From: Actinomycetes bacterium
GTDB taxonomy: Bacteria; Actinomycetota; Coriobacteriia; WRKU01
DNA length: 29,093 bases
Assembly: GCA_009781565.1 (NCBI GenBank)
Contig: WQXV01000001.1
Span: forward strand, 1 to 29,093
Direction: 5' to 3'
Of this stretch, positions 1 to 8,784 are shown piece by piece. Under the pieces are notes generated by a model. The model had not been told where the DNA came from, did no database searches, and worked only from the letters and a program-made list of their open reading frames with translations. A program made the translations under genes and the position numbers. Each line of letters begins with the position of its first letter. The first letter of the stretch is position 1.

Positions 1-633
1 ACCGGCACCGGATGGAACGAGGTGCTCAAAAAGACCGGCATCTATAACGAGTCGCTCTTCGATGAGCTCCAGGCCGAATACCACGACCGCTTCGATATGC
101 AGTGGCTGGGTATGTATGGGTTCAATAATACCTACGGATTGGCGATTCGCGCCGAACTGGCCGACCAATATAATGTGAAGACCTACAGTGATCTAGCGCG
201 GGTCGCCCCATTGCTCAGTTTTGGGGCGGAATACGATTTCTTCGAGCGCGAGGATGGCTACAACGCGCTGAGCGAGGAGTACGGGCTGACCTTCAAGTCG
301 ACGACCGATCTGGATATCGGGCTCAAGTATAAGGCGATCGCCCAAGGACAGGTCGATGTCATCAACATCTTTACGACCGACGGACAGCTCAGCTCATCAG
401 GCGTGTTCGTTCTCGTGGACGACAAAGATTTCTACCCGTCCTATCGCTGCGGCAATGTTCTGCGCAATGAAGTGCTCGACGCACACCCTGAACTTGCCGA
501 CGTGTTGATGCTGCTTGATAGTGCGATCGATGACGCGACGATGGCGCGTCTGAACAATCTGGTCGAAGAACAGGGCCAAGATCCCAAAGATGTCGCCCAT
601 GATTTTCTGATCGAGAGGGGGTTGTTGCGATGA
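1..633 (+). CDS. Glycine betaine/osmoprotectant ABC transporter substrate-binding protein (OpuCC/OsmF-like), 5'-partial
   Basis: Frame 1 is open from base 1 (TGTGWNEVLK...). Family motifs YGFNNTYGLA, GAEYDFFEREDGY, FTTDG and DDKDFYPSY are present. The stop overlaps the ATG of the following ABC ATPase (ATGA). Confidence 0.88.
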   Translation, partial: TGTGWNEVLKKTGIYNESLFDELQAEYHDRFDMQWLGMYGFNNTYGLAIRAELADQYNVKTYSDLARVAPLLSFGAEYDFFEREDGYNALSEEYGLTFKSTTDLDIGLKYKAIAQGQVDVINIFTTDGQLSSSGVFVLVDDKDFYPSYRCGNVLRNEVLDAHPELADVLMLLDSAIDDATMARLNNLVEEQGQDPKDVAHDFLIERGLLR

Positions 634-1388
634 GTAACCCATCAGCCAACTCGAACTGCCAGATCCAATTCATCGAGGTCAACAAGAGCTTTGCCGAGGT
701 GCAGGTCCTGCACGACATCAACTTCTGTATAGAAAAAGGACAGTTCGTCACCCTGATCGGTGGGTCGGGATCGGGAAAGACCACGATACTCAAGATGATC
801 AACGGATTGATCAGTCCCGATAGTGGACACATCATGGTCGATGGTGTCGACATCGTCGGCAAAGGTGAGAGCGCGATGATCGCTTTGCGTCGCAACATCG
901 GCTACGCCATCCAGGAAAGTGCGCTTTTCCCCCACATGTCGGTCGAGAAGAACATAGCCTATGTGCCGACGCTGCTCAATGCAGGGGATCGGCAACGTAC
1001 CTATGACACAGTACGAAAATGGCTGGGTATCGTGCGTCTGGATGAATCGATCCTGCCGCGCTATCCCGATGAGCTCTCCGGTGGGCAGAAGCAACGCGTC
1101 GGTATCGCACGCTCACTAGCGGCCAATCCTGAGATCCTGTTGATGGATGAGCCATTCGGCGCGGTCGATGAGATAACGCGCAAACAGCTCCAGACCGAGA
1201 TCAAACGGATACATACCGAGACCGGGGTCACCATCGTGTTCGTGACCCACTCGATATCGGAAGCACTCAAGCTTGGCACGCAGGTCATGGTGCTCGAGGA
1301 TGGTCGCATCGTTCAGTTCGCAGCTCCCGAAGAGGTCAAGGCTGCACCGGGGAGTGCTTTTGTTCGCGAACTGCTTGAAGACTACTGA
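630..1388 (+). CDS. Osmoprotectant ABC transporter ATP-binding subunit (OpuCA/ProV-like, no CBS domains)
   Basis: Walker A GGSGSGKT, Q-loop, signature LSGGQ, Walker B LLMDEPFGAVD, H-loop VTH. Coupled to the upstream binding protein. Confidence 0.9.
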   Translation: MSNPSANSNCQIQFIEVNKSFAEVQVLHDINFCIEKGQFVTLIGGSGSGKTTILKMINGLISPDSGHIMVDGVDIVGKGESAMIALRRNIGYAIQESALFPHMSVEKNIAYVPTLLNAGDRQRTYDTVRKWLGIVRLDESILPRYPDELSGGQKQRVGIARSLAANPEILLMDEPFGAVDEITRKQLQTEIKRIHTETGVTIVFVTHSISEALKLGTQVMVLEDGRIVQFAAPEEVKAAPGSAFVRELLEDY

Positions 1389-1398
1389 GTCCTGCCCC

Positions 1399-1428
1399 TA
1401 GATAAGCAAGCCCAATCTATAGTAGAAT
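1399..1428 (+). promoter_or_regulatory. Candidate housekeeping-sigma promoter of the second ABC operon
   Basis: TAGATA (1399-1404), 18-nt spacer, TAGAAT (1423-1428), about 70 nt upstream of the ATG at 1497. Confidence 0.4.
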
Positions 1429-1496
1429 TGCAGGATAGCTGTATTACGCATACAGGGATTGGCCCTGGAATGCGGCGTTAGCAGAGAGGACTACTA

Positions 1497-2528
1497 ATGA
1501 AGAAGCTAGTGTTATTGCTGTTCTGCATTTTGCTTGCCAGTGTGTTGCTGGTGGGATGTGGCGGATCAGACGACGTGACCACCGACGATGGCGTATCAAC
1601 CGATGCTGGTGAGAGTTATACCATCGGCATCTCGCAGTTTGCCCCGCATCCGGCGCTGGACAACACCCGCGATGGATTTATTGCCGGACTTGCCGATGAG
1701 GGGATCGTTGAAGGAGAGAACCTCACTATCATTCTGGAAAATGCCCAAGCCGATATGGGGACCGCCCAGCAGATTGCACAGAACTTCGTGGCGCAAAAGG
1801 TCGACATGATCTATGCGATCGCGACTCCTAGTGCCCAAGCAGCACAAAATGCCGTACTCGACACTGATATCCCGGTCGTTTTCGGAGCGATCTCAGATCC
1901 GGTCGGCGCCAACCTCTCCAATGAGGATGGCAGTGGAATCGGTAACATAACCGGTATGTCAGACGCACTACCGGTCGACCCTCAACTGGCTATGATCCGC
2001 GAGATCTTGCCTGAGGCCAAGACTATCGGAATCATTTACAACACCGGTGAGGACAACTCGGTCTCGACCGTTGCAGAGATCAAGGAAGCCGCCCCGACCC
2101 ATGGGTTCACCATCGAGGAAGTCGGCATCACCGCCACGACCGAGGTACCTGGTGCGGTCGATGCGATGCTTGATAAGAATGTCGATACGATCTATATCAC
2201 CACCGATAACACCGTGGTCACCATGCTGACCGATCTGCTCAACAAGACCGATGCGGCAAACGTTCCGGTCTTCGGTAGTGAGATCGAGCAGGTCAAGCTC
2301 GGTGCGGTCGCCACTGAAGGTATCGAGTACTTTGCGCTGGGTCAAGAAGCCGGCAAGATGGCTGCTCAGATACTGAAGGGCGAGAAGGAGGCGACGGCTA
2401 TTCCGTTCAAGGCGTTCGCTGACTTCAATCCCTATGTCAACACGGCTGCTGCCGACGTGATCAACCTTGAGCTGCCTTCAGCACTCATCGATCGTGCGCT
2501 TGAAGTATTCACCTCGATCGACAGGTAG
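1497..2528 (+). CDS. ABC transporter substrate-binding lipoprotein, tryptophan/tyrosine-binding (TrpX/CD0873-like) family
   Basis: Lipobox LVGC after a hydrophobic signal. Family motifs HPALD, IATPSAQA, TGMSD, YNTGEDNS and TDNTV. SD GAGGA. The substrate is inferred from the family. Confidence 0.85.
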   Translation: MKKLVLLLFCILLASVLLVGCGGSDDVTTDDGVSTDAGESYTIGISQFAPHPALDNTRDGFIAGLADEGIVEGENLTIILENAQADMGTAQQIAQNFVAQKVDMIYAIATPSAQAAQNAVLDTDIPVVFGAISDPVGANLSNEDGSGIGNITGMSDALPVDPQLAMIREILPEAKTIGIIYNTGEDNSVSTVAEIKEAAPTHGFTIEEVGITATTEVPGAVDAMLDKNVDTIYITTDNTVVTMLTDLLNKTDAANVPVFGSEIEQVKLGAVATEGIEYFALGQEAGKMAAQILKGEKEATAIPFKAFADFNPYVNTAAADVINLELPSALIDRALEVFTSIDR

Positions 2529-2538
2529 ATACGTCTAA

Positions 2539-3462
2539 GTGAATGCGCTGCTTGGTGCATTAGAGATCGGTCTCATCTATGGGATCATGGCGTTAGGTGT
2601 CTACATCACCTATCGGATTCTTGATTTTCCCGATCTGACCGTAGATGGTAGTTTCCCGCTGGGAGGAGCGATAACGGCATCGCTCCTCCTGGCAGGCTGG
2701 CATCCTCTGCTGGTCATGCCTCTCTGTTTTCTTGCGGGGTGTGTGGCAGGTATGGTCACCGGGTTCATTCATGTCAAGCTCAAGGTCCGTAATCTTATAG
2801 CTGGTATCATCGTGATGACCGGTCTCTATACCATCAACCTGCGCATAGCGGGACGTTCGAACCTTCCGTTGCGCCTTGATACTCCAACAATCTTTCGCAA
2901 CAACATCCTTTATGATATGGTTCCCGATACACTCACGCCTTATCTTCCGCTCATAGTGATCTTTATCCTAGCTATTACCGCAAAGCTCGTACTTGATTGG
3001 TATCTGGGAACGAAGTCAGGATATCTCCTACGCGCGGTCGGGGATAACGATCTGCTGGTGACCGTGCTTGCAAAAGATAAGGGAAGCGTAAAGATCATCG
3101 GTCTGGCGATAGCCAATGGTCTGGTCGCTTTGGCGGGTTCGATCCTTGTCCAACGCTACCGCGCATTCGATATCTCTTTAGGTGTCGGCACAGTGGTCAT
3201 CGGGCTGGCAAGCGTCATCATCGGTCTGGCGATCGCGGGAAAGATCCCACTGGTCAAAGTAACGACAGCGGTCATCATCGGCGCGATCCTGTATCGTATG
3301 TGTCTGGCTCTGGCGATCCGTGCTGGTCTTCCTGCCAACGACCTCAAGCTTGTTACGGCTCTTCTCTTGCTGACGATCTTGGTAATCAGTTCTGAGCGCG
3401 TCAAGAAAGTCAAGAGCGAGACTGCACCGGGGAGAATCAAGAAAGGCGTATCCGATGCTTGA
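2539..3462 (+). CDS. ABC transporter permease (BPD_transp_2 type)
   Basis: Multiple TM segments and the motif LDFPDLTVDGSFPLG typical of this transporter family. Lies between the binding protein and the ATPase. Confidence 0.88.
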   Translation: MNALLGALEIGLIYGIMALGVYITYRILDFPDLTVDGSFPLGGAITASLLLAGWHPLLVMPLCFLAGCVAGMVTGFIHVKLKVRNLIAGIIVMTGLYTINLRIAGRSNLPLRLDTPTIFRNNILYDMVPDTLTPYLPLIVIFILAITAKLVLDWYLGTKSGYLLRAVGDNDLLVTVLAKDKGSVKIIGLAIANGLVALAGSILVQRYRAFDISLGVGTVVIGLASVIIGLAIAGKIPLVKVTTAVIIGAILYRMCLALAIRAGLPANDLKLVTALLLLTILVISSERVKKVKSETAPGRIKKGVSDA

Positions 3463-4228
3463 TGTGGTCGACCTTGAAAAGTATTATGCGCGGGGTACCG
3501 TCGACGAGACGCACCTGTTCAAAAATTTCAATCTCACGGTCCCCGAAGGTCAGTTCCTTACCATCATCGGGAGCAATGGGTCGGGAAAGACCTCGCTGCT
3601 CAATGCAATCTGTGGTGACATTCCTCTTGATGGAGGGCGAGTCATCCTTGATAGTGAAGATATATCAAAAAAGAAGAATTTCGAGCGCTATGCTACCATC
3701 GGCCGCGTCTTTCAAGACCCGGCGGCAGGTACCTGTCCTTCGATGACCATCATGGAGAACCTCTCGATCGCCGAGAACAAAGGGCGGCGCTTCGATCTGA
3801 AGCGAGGAGTCAACCAATCACGAGGCGATTACTATCGGTCGCTTCTTGAACCGCTTGGTCTGGGTCTTGAGAACAAGCTGAATGTGAAGGTCGACTCACT
3901 CTCGGGTGGTCAGCGCCAAGCCCTCGCGTTGTTGGTATCGACGATGGCTCCCCTCAAATTGCTCATCCTCGATGAGCACACTGCTGCACTCGACCCCAAG
4001 ACCCAGCAGATCACAATGGATCTGACCGGGAAACTGGTCGAAGAGAAGGACCTGACCACGGTCATGGTGACCCACAATCTGCGTCATGCACTCAAGTATG
4101 GCGACCGCCTCATCATGCTTCATGAGGGAGACATCATCCTTGACAAGGAGGGGCCTGAAAAACAGGCACTCGTCCTTGAGGATGTCATCAATATGTTCAA
4201 CGAGATCTCAATCGAGTACGGCAACTGA
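3455..4228 (+). CDS. ABC transporter ATP-binding protein
   Basis: Walker A GSNGSGKT, VFQDP, LSGGQRQ, LDEHTAALDP, VTH. Confidence 0.92.
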   Translation: MLDVVDLEKYYARGTVDETHLFKNFNLTVPEGQFLTIIGSNGSGKTSLLNAICGDIPLDGGRVILDSEDISKKKNFERYATIGRVFQDPAAGTCPSMTIMENLSIAENKGRRFDLKRGVNQSRGDYYRSLLEPLGLGLENKLNVKVDSLSGGQRQALALLVSTMAPLKLLILDEHTAALDPKTQQITMDLTGKLVEEKDLTTVMVTHNLRHALKYGDRLIMLHEGDIILDKEGPEKQALVLEDVINMFNEISIEYGN

Positions 4229-4239
4229 GCTTCGCAACG

Positions 4240-4374
4240 ATAGACGCAGCCTACCGTGACGGGTATACGCCGTGCTCGAACATACTCGTCGTCAAACATC
4301 AATCCAAACAAATAAACTGATGCACGACTGCGTAACTGCGCCGGTCGCATACCCGTCACGCTCTCTGCGTCTAT
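4240..4374 (-). ncRNA. Candidate structured non-coding element (rod-like imperfect palindrome; sRNA/6S-like or MITE)
   Basis: Perfect inverted repeats ATAGACGCAG (4240-4249) / CTGCGTCTAT (4365-4374) and CGTGACGGGTAT (4255-4266) / ATACCCGTCACG (4349-4360), plus inner GTCGT/ACGAC and CATCA/TGATG stems. The minus strand gains extra G-U pairs and has a promoter-like motif directly upstream. Confidence 0.5.
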
Positions 4375-4378
4375 ACCT

Positions 4379-4387
4379 TGATAGAAT
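4379..4387 (+). promoter_or_regulatory. Extended -10 promoter candidate for pcrA
   Basis: TG-A-TAGAAT about 40 nt upstream of the GTG at 4428. SD AAAGGAG at 4411-4417. Confidence 0.5.
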
Positions 4388-4412
4388 ACTATTCGTACAA
4401 CGACTATATCAA
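4383..4412 (-). promoter_or_regulatory. Candidate promoter for the minus-strand structured element
   Basis: The minus strand reads TTGATA (4412-4407), N18, TATTCT (4388-4383). This puts +1 near G4377/4376, immediately before the first stem. Confidence 0.45.
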
Positions 4413-4427
4413 AGGAGCGATGCTTAA

Positions 4428-6710
4428 GTGCTTGATCTGTCCGACCTGAATCCTGCGCAGCGCGAAGCGGTCTGCACCACGCAAGGACCGCTTTTGGTAC
4501 TTGCCGGAGCGGGAAGCGGAAAGACGCGGGTACTGACCTATCGCATCGCTCATCTGGTCCACGACGAGCATGTCGAGCCCTATCAGATCTTAGCGATCAC
4601 TTTTACCAACAAGGCGGCAGGTGAGATGCGAGATCGCCTGGCAAAGTTGACCGCCGGTAGTGGTGGCGGTATGTGGGTGGCGACCTTTCATGCGATGTGC
4701 GTACGTATCCTGCGTGCTCATGGCGAGAAACTGGGCTACACCTCGAACTTCACGATCTATGATGATGATGACAGCAAGCGCCTGGTCAAGGAGATCATGC
4801 GCGAGCAAGGTATCGGTGATGACACCATCCCGCTCAATGCTGTGCGTGCGCGCATCTCCGATGCGAAGAACGACCTGATCAGTGCTTCGGATTTCGAGGA
4901 TGCCGCGAAGAACCCCTATCATAAGAAGATCGCAGCGATCTATGCGCGCTTGCAGGAGCGCCTCTTGCAGAACAACGCGATGGATTTTGACGATCTTCTG
5001 GTCAACGTGGTCGAACTGTTCCACCAGTTCCCCGATATACTCAAGCAGTACCAGGAGCGGTTCTCCTACATCCATGTCGATGAATACCAAGACACCAACA
5101 AAGCCCAGTATGAGATCGTACGTCTGTTGGCGCGCGATCATCGAAATGTCATGGTCGTCGGCGATGACGATCAGTCGATCTATAGCTGGCGCGGTGCCGA
5201 TATCAGAAACATCCTCGAGTTCGAGTCGGATTATCCCGAGGCGCACACCGTCAAGCTTGAGGAGAACTATCGCAGTACGGGACATATCCTTGAAGCAGCC
5301 AACGCGGTGATCGCTCACAACGAGATGCGCAAGACAAAGGAGCTTTTCACCTCAGCCGATGATGGCGAGAAGGTCGCTGTCTATCTGGCGACCAACGAAC
5401 ATGATGAGGCACGCTATATAGCCGCGCAGATCGAACGTTTGTCTCGAGAAGGGCATCGACCACTCAGTGATTTTGCGGTGTTTTATCGTACCAATGCGCA
5501 GAGTCGTGTGCTTGAGGATGGATTCTTGCGTGCTGGAATCCCGTATCGCATCGTGGGAGGCACGCGCTACTTCGATCGCGCCGAGATCCGTGATGTCATG
5601 GCGTATCTGAAAGTGGTCGTCAATCCCATGGATGACATCTCGCTCAAGCGTATCATCAACACACCACGCCGCGGTATCGGGGCCACCACCATCTCACGCA
5701 TCGAAAAGGCTGCCTTCGATGAGGATGTGACCTTTGAGACCGCGCTCTCCAAAGTGGCTGCCAGCGAGGAGACCCGGCATCAGATCGCCGTTGCGCTGAC
5801 CGATTTTGTCGAGATGCTCGCCACGACGCGCTCACTTGAAGGAGATCTCAAAGATGTGGTCGAGATCATCATCGAGCGCTCAGGGTTGCTGGCAGCCTAT
5901 GAGCACGAGCGCACCGATGAAGCCCTGTCGCGCGCCGAGAACATCCGCGAGTTCATCAATGTGGCTGCCGAGTTCGCCCAGACCCATGAGGACAACGACC
6001 TGTTCGCCTTCATGGAGTGGCTCGCACTGCGCACCGATCTGGATGCGCTTTCGGTCGCCGATGACTCGGTGACGTTGATGACGGTGCATACCGCTAAAGG
6101 GCTCGAGTATCCGGTGGTGTTCGTTGCGGGGCTGGAAGAGTCGATCTTTCCCCATGCGATGTCGCTCAGTGAGAGCCCCGATGGCATCGAGGAAGAGCGG
6201 CGGCTGGCTTATGTGGCCATCACGCGGGCACGCCAACAACTGTTCTTGACCTTTGCGGCGATGCGGCGTGCTTTCGGAAATGCGAGTTCCAATCCACCCA
6301 GTCGATTCATCGGAGAGATACCCGATCATCTGATAGAGCGCGCCGGAGTCGGCTCGGCAGGTTTCGAGGGTTTTGGATGGGAGAAGCGCGGTGATCGCAG
6401 CGGTATCGCCGGGCATGGTATCGATTCAGACCGTTCGGTATTCGAACCATCACAGGTGTTTGCAGATGACGAGGGGGGACGGGTCTACGGAGGTAAAGTG
6501 ACCGGACCGCTCTATGGAGCAGCGGTACGTCCTGCTCAAGTGAGTGAGCCGATGTCCTTTGCAGCGGGCGACACGATCCTTCACAAGACCTTCGGTAAAG
6601 GTAAGATCACTGAAGTCGAGGGTGATTCGCTCACCGTCAGTTTCGAGGGCACGGCAGGTATCAAGACGATACTGGCGGGTTATGCCCCAATCGTGAAATC
6701 CAACACATAA
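4428..6710 (+). CDS. pcrA: ATP-dependent DNA helicase PcrA/UvrD (SF1A)
   Basis: Motifs LNPAQ, AGAGSGKT, TFTNKAA, VDEYQDTN, VGDDDQSIYSWRGA, NYRS, HTAKGLEYP and EERRLAYVAITRA. C-terminal Tudor-like domain (HKTFGKG). Confidence 0.96.
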   Translation: MLDLSDLNPAQREAVCTTQGPLLVLAGAGSGKTRVLTYRIAHLVHDEHVEPYQILAITFTNKAAGEMRDRLAKLTAGSGGGMWVATFHAMCVRILRAHGEKLGYTSNFTIYDDDDSKRLVKEIMREQGIGDDTIPLNAVRARISDAKNDLISASDFEDAAKNPYHKKIAAIYARLQERLLQNNAMDFDDLLVNVVELFHQFPDILKQYQERFSYIHVDEYQDTNKAQYEIVRLLARDHRNVMVVGDDDQSIYSWRGADIRNILEFESDYPEAHTVKLEENYRSTGHILEAANAVIAHNEMRKTKELFTSADDGEKVAVYLATNEHDEARYIAAQIERLSREGHRPLSDFAVFYRTNAQSRVLEDGFLRAGIPYRIVGGTRYFDRAEIRDVMAYLKVVVNPMDDISLKRIINTPRRGIGATTISRIEKAAFDEDVTFETALSKVAASEETRHQIAVALTDFVEMLATTRSLEGDLKDVVEIIIERSGLLAAYEHERTDEALSRAENIREFINVAAEFAQTHEDNDLFAFMEWLALRTDLDALSVADDSVTLMTVHTAKGLEYPVVFVAGLEESIFPHAMSLSESPDGIEEERRLAYVAITRARQQLFLTFAAMRRAFGNASSNPPSRFIGEIPDHLIERAGVGSAGFEGFGWEKRGDRSGIAGHGIDSDRSVFEPSQVFADDEGGRVYGGKVTGPLYGAAVRPAQVSEPMSFAAGDTILHKTFGKGKITEVEGDSLTVSFEGTAGIKTILAGYAPIVKSNT

Positions 6711-6734
6711 GCCAGTCTGTTTCCCCACTCACGT

Positions 6735-6740
6735 TATAAT
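6735..6740 (+). promoter_or_regulatory. -10 box for the tig-clpP-clpX-valS-folC transcript
   Basis: Consensus TATAAT in the pcrA-tig gap, followed by a 7-bp hairpin (TGCGCAG 6748-6754 / CTGCGCA 6767-6773) at the expected 5' end. No clear -35. Confidence 0.5.
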
Positions 6741-6843
6741 GAGACATTGCGCAGGAACGCTCATGGCTGCGCACGCACGAAGTACGCATGGACAACGAAA
6801 TGATTCACGAGCGAGAGATGCAAGACAACAGAGAGGACAACTG

Positions 6844-8151
6844 GTGAGCAACGCGATATTTGAGACGCTTGAAGATGGCAAGATCGTGATGAACGCGACG
6901 ATTCCGGCCGCCGATGTTGATGCGGCAGTCGCCCAGGTATATAGAGATGCTTCCAAAAAGTACAAGATCCCAGGGTTCCGTCCGGGAAAAGCTCCCCGCT
7001 CGATGGTCGAGAACCTCATCGGTGATGAGTATGCCCGCGCCATGGCCACCGATCAGGTCGTCAACGACAGCTTTGCCTGTCTGGTCGACGAGCAGGGCTA
7101 TCGCGTCGTGGGAAAGCCCGAGTTCGATGAGGAGTCGCTGGTCACCGAGGGCGAGGACTATCTCTATGTGGTGACCTTCGAGACGCGACCTCAACTGACA
7201 CTGTCAGATACCGAGGTGGCGATCACGATGCCTCCGCGTGAGGCGACCCAAAAGGAGATCGATACTCAGATCGATGCGATCCGCGAACGATTCGCGCAGC
7301 TTAAAAAGGTGCGTGCGCGCAAGATCCGCGATGATGATGTGGTGCTCCTCTCGTTCAAATCCACCGTTGACGGTGAGGACTACGAGGGCAGCGAGGTCGA
7401 GAAATATCCCTATCACCTGGGTCAGGGTATGATGCCGCCTGAGTTCGAAGAGGCGATCGTGGGAGCCAAGCCCGGTGATAACGTCGAGGCCGAGTTCGTC
7501 ATCGAAGGTGGCGAGGAGAACACCGAGTTCGCGGGCAAACCCATACATTTCGATATCGAGCTGCATGAGATCCAAGAACCGGAGCTTCCTGAGGTCAACG
7601 ATGATCTGGCGATCATGTCAGGCTTCGAATCGGCCGAAGAGATGACCGGTGAGATCCGCTCCAACATAGAGAGTAGCAAGCAGAACTCCTATGACAACGT
7701 GTTGCGCGGTCGTCTGATCAGCGCGCTGGCAGAAAACCTCGAAGGTGAGGTCTCCCAAGACCTGATCGATTCGCGCGCCGAGTACCTCAAGCGCGACTTT
7801 GTCGGGATGCTGGGACAGAATCAGATGAGCCTTGAGCAGTATCTGGCCATGTCAGGTGCTGATACCGATGAGTTCGAGAAAGATGTCGCGCTCCAAGCCA
7901 AGATGGGAGTCAGCGAGGAGCTCGCACTCGAAGCTCTTGCACGTGAGAAGGATCTCGAGGTGACCGATGAGGATATCACCATCGAGATGGAGATACTTGC
8001 CGAACAAGCACAGATACCTGTGGAAGAGGCTCGCAAGAAGTGGGCCGAGGCCGCACTGATGACCACGCTGCATGACGAGCTGGCTCGGCGCAAGGCTGCC
8101 GATTGGCTCGTTGCCAACAGTGAGGTCACCATCGATGAGGAGGCATTGTAA
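6844..8151 (+). CDS. tig: Trigger factor
   Basis: Ribosome-binding motif IPGFRPGKAP, FKBP-type middle domain, C-terminal domain. The GTG at 6844 was chosen because GAGGA precedes it; the ORF-track start at 6739 lies inside the -10 box. Confidence 0.94.
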   Translation: MSNAIFETLEDGKIVMNATIPAADVDAAVAQVYRDASKKYKIPGFRPGKAPRSMVENLIGDEYARAMATDQVVNDSFACLVDEQGYRVVGKPEFDEESLVTEGEDYLYVVTFETRPQLTLSDTEVAITMPPREATQKEIDTQIDAIRERFAQLKKVRARKIRDDDVVLLSFKSTVDGEDYEGSEVEKYPYHLGQGMMPPEFEEAIVGAKPGDNVEAEFVIEGGEENTEFAGKPIHFDIELHEIQEPELPEVNDDLAIMSGFESAEEMTGEIRSNIESSKQNSYDNVLRGRLISALAENLEGEVSQDLIDSRAEYLKRDFVGMLGQNQMSLEQYLAMSGADTDEFEKDVALQAKMGVSEELALEALAREKDLEVTDEDITIEMEILAEQAQIPVEEARKKWAEAALMTTLHDELARRKAADWLVANSEVTIDEEAL

Positions 8152-8784
8152 ATGAGCACACACCGACATGAAATCAGAGATCAACTGGTCCCGATGGTCA
8201 TCGAGCAGACCAACCGTGGCGAGCGCAGTTTTGATATCTACAGCCGCCTGCTCAACGAGCGGGTGGTCTTTCTCAGCGGCGAGATCAACGAGATCACCGC
8301 GAATCTTACCATCGCGCAATTGTTGCATCTGGAGAGCATGGATCCCGATAAGGATATCGCGCTCTACATCAACAGCCCCGGCGGTTCGGTCGTCGACGGG
8401 CTGGCGATCTATGACACGATGCAGTTCGTCAAACCCGATGTGGCGACCTACTGCATGGGACAGTGTGCTTCCATGGCAGCCGTCCTTCTGGCTGCCGGCA
8501 CCAAAGGAAAGCGCTTTGCTCTGCCACACAGCCGCGTGCTGATCCATCAGCCGATGGGTGGCACCCAGGGCCAAGCCTCAGATATCGAGATCCAAGCCAA
8601 AGAGATGCTAAGGATCCGCGAGGAGCTCAACCGCATCCTGGCCGATCACACCGGCAAGACTATAAAGCAGGTACACAACGATACCGACCGCGACAACATC
8701 ATGTCGGCCGAGGACGCCAAAGCCTACGGTCTGGTCGACGATGTTTTGACCCAGCGTATCGCCGAAAAGGAAAAGAAAGCCTGA
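8152..8784 (+). CDS. clpP: ATP-dependent Clp protease proteolytic subunit
   Basis: [17 protein letters not shown], catalytic Ser in CASMA, His in IHQP, Asp in DRD. Confidence 0.97.
   Translation: MSTHRHEIRDQLVPMVIEQTNRGERSFDIYSRLLNERVVFLSGEINEITANLTIAQLLHLESMDPDKDIALYINSPGGSVVDGLAIYDTMQFVKPDVATYCMGQCASMAAVLLAAGTKGKRFALPHSRVLIHQPMGGTQGQASDIEIQAKEMLRIREELNRILADHTGKTIKQVHNDTDRDNIMSAEDAKAYGLVDDVLTQRIAEKEKKA

Noticed and set aside
4240-4374. Assignment of the hairpin element as SRP RNA, tRNA, T-box or retron msr-msd
   Set aside because: No GGAAGCAG/GNRA SRP domain IV motif, no cloverleaf or GTTCRA arm, no T-box consensus, and no reverse transcriptase nearby.
6711-6843. tRNA gene expected upstream of tig in many Actinomycetota
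   Set aside because: No T-arm consensus or cloverleaf in the gap.
8463-8783. 107-residue N-terminal extension of ClpX given by the ORF track
   Set aside because: It overlaps clpP in another frame; the TGATG-coupled ATG at 8784 is the better start. The same applies to the track's early starts for tig (6739), the DivIVA gene (14115), birA (17870), the regulator (20879) and the 22770 ORF.
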